64,000 nt of DNA, taken from the NCBI GenBank assembly GCA_963667455.2, contig CAXXFR010000019.1, positions 97,181 through 161,180 of the forward strand, written 5' to 3'. Of this stretch, positions 61,010 through 64,000 are shown piece by piece. Source of the stretch: Pseudomonadales bacterium. GTDB taxonomy: Bacteria; Pseudomonadota; Gammaproteobacteria; Pseudomonadales; Azotimanducaceae. The position numbers were made by a program, and so were the translations under genes. The notes beneath the pieces are model-generated. The model was not told the DNA's origin. It did not search any database and worked only from the letters and a program-made list of their open reading frames with translations. Within the stretch, counting starts at the first letter, position 1; every line of letters starts with the position of its first letter.

Positions 61010-61591
61010 CTACACTTTGATCACCACTGTATTTGCAACAAGATCATGAATCATTCTGCGGTCTCTACGAAAAATTGAAAACATATCGACGATCTCCACA
61101 ATCAGGCCTAAGAAGAGATTTATGAAACTTGCAGTATCAAAGATGAAATATCGCAAGAAAATTATCCTAGTGAGTGGAACTACTTGATGTGTATCTGCAT
61201 CTACGATCCTTATATCTAGAATCATTTTTCCCAAGGATTGGCCTCGAGTAGCAAGATAATATCCATTAATAATGAAGTAGGCCACGAGGTAAAAAACTAT
61301 CTCAACGTATATCCATGGATTCAACAGTTGTAATTGGAAATAGTCAGTCTCTGCTTCCATATATGCTGTTATGATCCTTGCCAATTCCTCCCTCCCATTT
61401 GGAACCGAAGCTATAACGAGAATTGCAACCACTAAGAATATCAAGACAAAGATCAGACCATCGAGCAAGACTGCAGCGAGACGGCGACCTCGAGATGCCA
61501 AGACTATCCCATCAGTGTTCTCTTCCGTACTGAGGCTCGCACGCGGGGCAGTATAGGGGTTCTGTGCAGTGCCAATTCCGTCTTCAGACAT
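61010..61591 (-). CDS. RDD-family membrane protein
   Basis: Motifs: N-terminal NPYTAPRASL, RRLAAVLLDGLI, GQSLGKMILDIRIVD, FRRDRRMIHDLVANTVV. It is AT-rich (22/60 G+C in each of two sampled lines). Confidence 0.8.
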   Translation of the reverse strand: MSEDGIGTAQNPYTAPRASLSTEENTDGIVLASRGRRLAAVLLDGLIFVLIFLVVAILVIASVPNGREELARIITAYMEAETDYFQLQLLNPWIYVEIVFYLVAYFIINGYYLATRGQSLGKMILDIRIVDADTHQVVPLTRIIFLRYFIFDTASFINLFLGLIVEIVDMFSIFRRDRRMIHDLVANTVVIKV

Positions 61592-61754
61592 GATCTCTCA
61601 GTTTCTCAATTCGGTATGTGTGACAGACTGTGGATGTTACCACGAGCCAGTTCTAGCGAAGATTGATTCCGTTCGCAGGGCGGCGTGTAAAGGACGACCC
61701 CCACCGCCAATTGCGTCGTGAAAAGCTCAACTCTGTGTAAAGAGTGACCAGTCG

Positions 61755-62339
61755 CTAGACCTTGATGACCACCGTATTGGCGGTAAGGTCGTGAATCATT
61801 CTGCGATCTCGACGAAATATGGAAAAGATATCAACTAGACTGACGATCATGGCTAATACTACGTTAAGCAAATTTATTGCATCGAATATGAAGTATCTCA
61901 TTGCAATGATCTTAGTGAGCGGAACAACCTGATGGGTGTCCGCATCCACGATTTTTATACGCAATATCATCTTTCCAAGGGATTGACCTCGAGTAGCAAG
62001 AAAATATCCATTAACTCCAAAGTACACCACTATTGTCACGAATATTTCAACATAGACTACCGGATTCAATAGGCCAAGTCCCAACAAATCTGGATTGGCC
62101 TCAATATAGTTTTCTGTAATGAACTTATCCAATGCATCCGTTCCTCCAGGAAACAACAAGACTATCGGAACTGTGACGATGAAACATGCCAAAACAAGGA
62201 TCAGGCTATCGAGCAAGACGGCACCGAGACGACGACCACGAGTCGCTAGAACAACTTTGTCGGTGTCGTCCGAGTCCAAGCTCGCTCGTGGAGCGGTATA
62301 AGGGTTCTGTGTGGTGTCCAATTTGTCGTTTGTCGTCAT
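61755..62339 (-). CDS. RDD-family membrane protein, tandem paralogue
   Basis: It is collinear with 61010-61591 and carries NPYTAPRASL, RRLGAVLLDSLI, GQSLGKMILRIKIVD, FRRDRRMIHDLTANTVV. Confidence 0.8.
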   Translation of the reverse strand: MTTNDKLDTTQNPYTAPRASLDSDDTDKVVLATRGRRLGAVLLDSLILVLACFIVTVPIVLLFPGGTDALDKFITENYIEANPDLLGLGLLNPVVYVEIFVTIVVYFGVNGYFLATRGQSLGKMILRIKIVDADTHQVVPLTKIIAMRYFIFDAINLLNVVLAMIVSLVDIFSIFRRDRRMIHDLTANTVVIKV

Positions 62340-62471
62340 TTCTCTGGTCTTTTTAACTCTGCGAAAGTCTTCTACTCAGGATGTTATCACGAGCAATCAG
62401 TTCTAACGGCACTCAGAACAACTCACAGTTCGAATTTAAGATTCTCTGAAGCATTTGTGGAATGCGTCACG

Positions 62472-63761
62472 CTACAGTTGGCCGGCTCGCTTGATCTGCC
62501 AATACGCGTTCACAATCTTTACATGAAGGTCCGAAGGCAACGCCTCAAGGACGACATTTGTAGCTCTTCGACACTGTTGGATGACCTCTTGGCGTTCCTT
62601 GATGTATTTCGCCGCGCCGAGCACAGTCAATGCGTGATCAATGTTGTGTACATCCATATACATCGACTCGTCGATCGACCTCTCGCGAAGACTGGCAAGA
62701 ATGACACTGTGTCTTGTACTCAGCAACCGTAGTGCGTCGGTGACCTCATGGTCGTCGTCTCGTAACGACGTCAGAAGCACCATGAGAGATCGCTTGGGTT
62801 GGCGGAGTAGGGCTTCCTCGGCGGCCTCGATGTAGTCCGAAGCAACAGGACCGGAACGAAGGTCGTACGTTAGGTGTAACAAGGAACTCACGGCAGACAG
62901 TCCTGCAACACTCGGAATCCATCGGTTGTCTTGGCCGAAGCACGAGATCGCCACCTTGTCTCCTTGTCGGAGAGCGATGTAGGAAAGCAGGATCATTGCA
63001 TCCAATGTTCGGTCCATGAGCGAAACTTCTCCATCATGGCTATGCAATCGCTGTCCGGTGTCGACTAGAAAGACCAACTGCTGAGCGCGTTCGTCTTCAA
63101 ATTCTCGGGAAATGAGATCCCTTCTCTTGGATGTCGCCTTCCAATCGATTCGACTGAGCGAATCGCCTTGACGATACTCTCTCAATTGCAGAAATTCCAA
63201 GCCCTCACCCCGACGCGCTAGTTTTCGAAGTCCTATTTGGTTGGTCTGGTGAACAAGGAGCAATTGGAGATACTTGGTTATTTGCGAGAAGTCGGGGTAA
63301 ACACGGATTGAAGCCTCACAGGGAATGTGAAGCATCCGTTGCCACAACCCCAGAGCTGAGTCGACTGCCACGTCGACGTACGGGAAGTGGAAGTCGCCGC
63401 GCATTGTGGGACGAACCGTGTACTCAACAAGTATGGATTGATCGGGCGGAACACTGAACGTAGCTGGCAGTCCTGTTGGATTCAATTCCAAAGGACAGCG
63501 GTCGTTGACCGTCACGCGAAGCCGCAGATTGCTGTCGTTTTCAATCGTCAGTCGAACTGCCACTGACTGGCGTATGGCGAGACTTGGCGCAATGTTGCGG
63601 CGAATGGATGGTCTCTCCCGCTGAAGAACTTGCCACGCATCGACTATGGTCGCGATCCCGACACAGACTGCGACCCCGATGGCGATCGAGGAAAACCCTG
63701 GAATAGTCAGCAAGGCCGTCACAGCCAAGACTGCTACCACCAGCGCAATAGTGGGTTTCAC
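62472..63761 (-). CDS. DUF58-domain protein (MoxR-associated, vWA-like)
   Basis: Features: N-terminal TMs and LREYRQGDSLSRIDWKATSKRRDLISREFE. The GTG start overlaps the upstream moxR stop (GTGA). Confidence 0.8.
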   Translation of the reverse strand: MKPTIALVVAVLAVTALLTIPGFSSIAIGVAVCVGIATIVDAWQVLQRERPSIRRNIAPSLAIRQSVAVRLTIENDSNLRLRVTVNDRCPLELNPTGLPATFSVPPDQSILVEYTVRPTMRGDFHFPYVDVAVDSALGLWQRMLHIPCEASIRVYPDFSQITKYLQLLLVHQTNQIGLRKLARRGEGLEFLQLREYRQGDSLSRIDWKATSKRRDLISREFEDERAQQLVFLVDTGQRLHSHDGEVSLMDRTLDAMILLSYIALRQGDKVAISCFGQDNRWIPSVAGLSAVSSLLHLTYDLRSGPVASDYIEAAEEALLRQPKRSLMVLLTSLRDDDHEVTDALRLLSTRHSVILASLRERSIDESMYMDVHNIDHALTVLGAAKYIKERQEVIQQCRRATNVVLEALPSDLHVKIVNAYWQIKRAGQL

Positions 63762-64000
63762 GTGCGGGGTGCTTCCACGCTGGTGATTGCTGACTGGAGG
63801 ATTTCGTCCTTAGAGAGTCCCTCGATTTGGTATTCGGGACTTAGTGTTATGCGATGTCGCAGCGTGGACACCGCGATCGCTCGGATGTCGTCGGGAATAA
63901 CGAAGTTGCGACGTGAAAGCAATGCCAATGATCGCGCAATTCGAATGATTGCTATGGCGGCTCTCGGACTCGCTCCTTGAGAGATCCCTTCAAATTGACG
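63758..64000 (-). CDS. MoxR-like AAA+ ATPase, C-terminal end only (5' end outside the window)
   Basis: Manual reverse translation gives ...QGASPRAAIAIIRIARSLALLSRRNFVIPDDIRAIAVSTLRHRITLSPEYQIEGLSKDEILQSAITSVEAPRT*. This is a typical MoxR lid domain. Confidence 0.75.
   Translation of the reverse strand, partial: RQFEGISQGASPRAAIAIIRIARSLALLSRRNFVIPDDIRAIAVSTLRHRITLSPEYQIEGLSKDEILQSAITSVEAPRT

Overview
This 64-kb chromosomal window has about 50-55% GC by spot counts of single 60-nt lines. It holds roughly 50 protein genes. I could not recognise any rRNA, tRNA, CRISPR array, integrase or transposase. The gene order smc-zipA-ligA (30.9-37.5 kb), together with lhr, cysS, lipA and asnS, points to a gammaproteobacterium. 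A CYP153-like P450, a haloalkane dehalogenase and many acyl-CoA genes suggest a hydrocarbon- or lipid-degrading, probably marine, lifestyle. Bases 13.2-64 kb are mostly ordinary core and metabolic genes. The first 13.2 kb are different. A partial DinG/XPD-like helicase is followed by an all-plus-strand array of paralogues I cannot assign to named families. The array contains two ~295-aa proteins (A1, A2), two 716-aa tandem-AAA+ ATPases (B1, B2) and two more distant A-like proteins (A3, A4). It ends with a WYL-domain regulator and an AT-rich 2-TM protein. A1, A2, B1 and B2 are each preceded by the same element: a 17-nt palindrome, exactly 10 nt, then ATACT. A1 and A2 also share a ~160-nt leader (81% identical by hand count) with a long-range helix. 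This is my best candidate for an undescribed system, possibly a defence or conflict system. Secondary observations are listed in the findings. They include a decayed ORC/Cdc6-type ATPase pseudogene and AT-rich tandem RDD genes next to moxR-DUF58. They also include a BacNav channel with an acidic TLEDWTD filter, an lva-like kinase/SDR/CoA-ligase cluster and a long hairpin-rich spacer upstream of smc.
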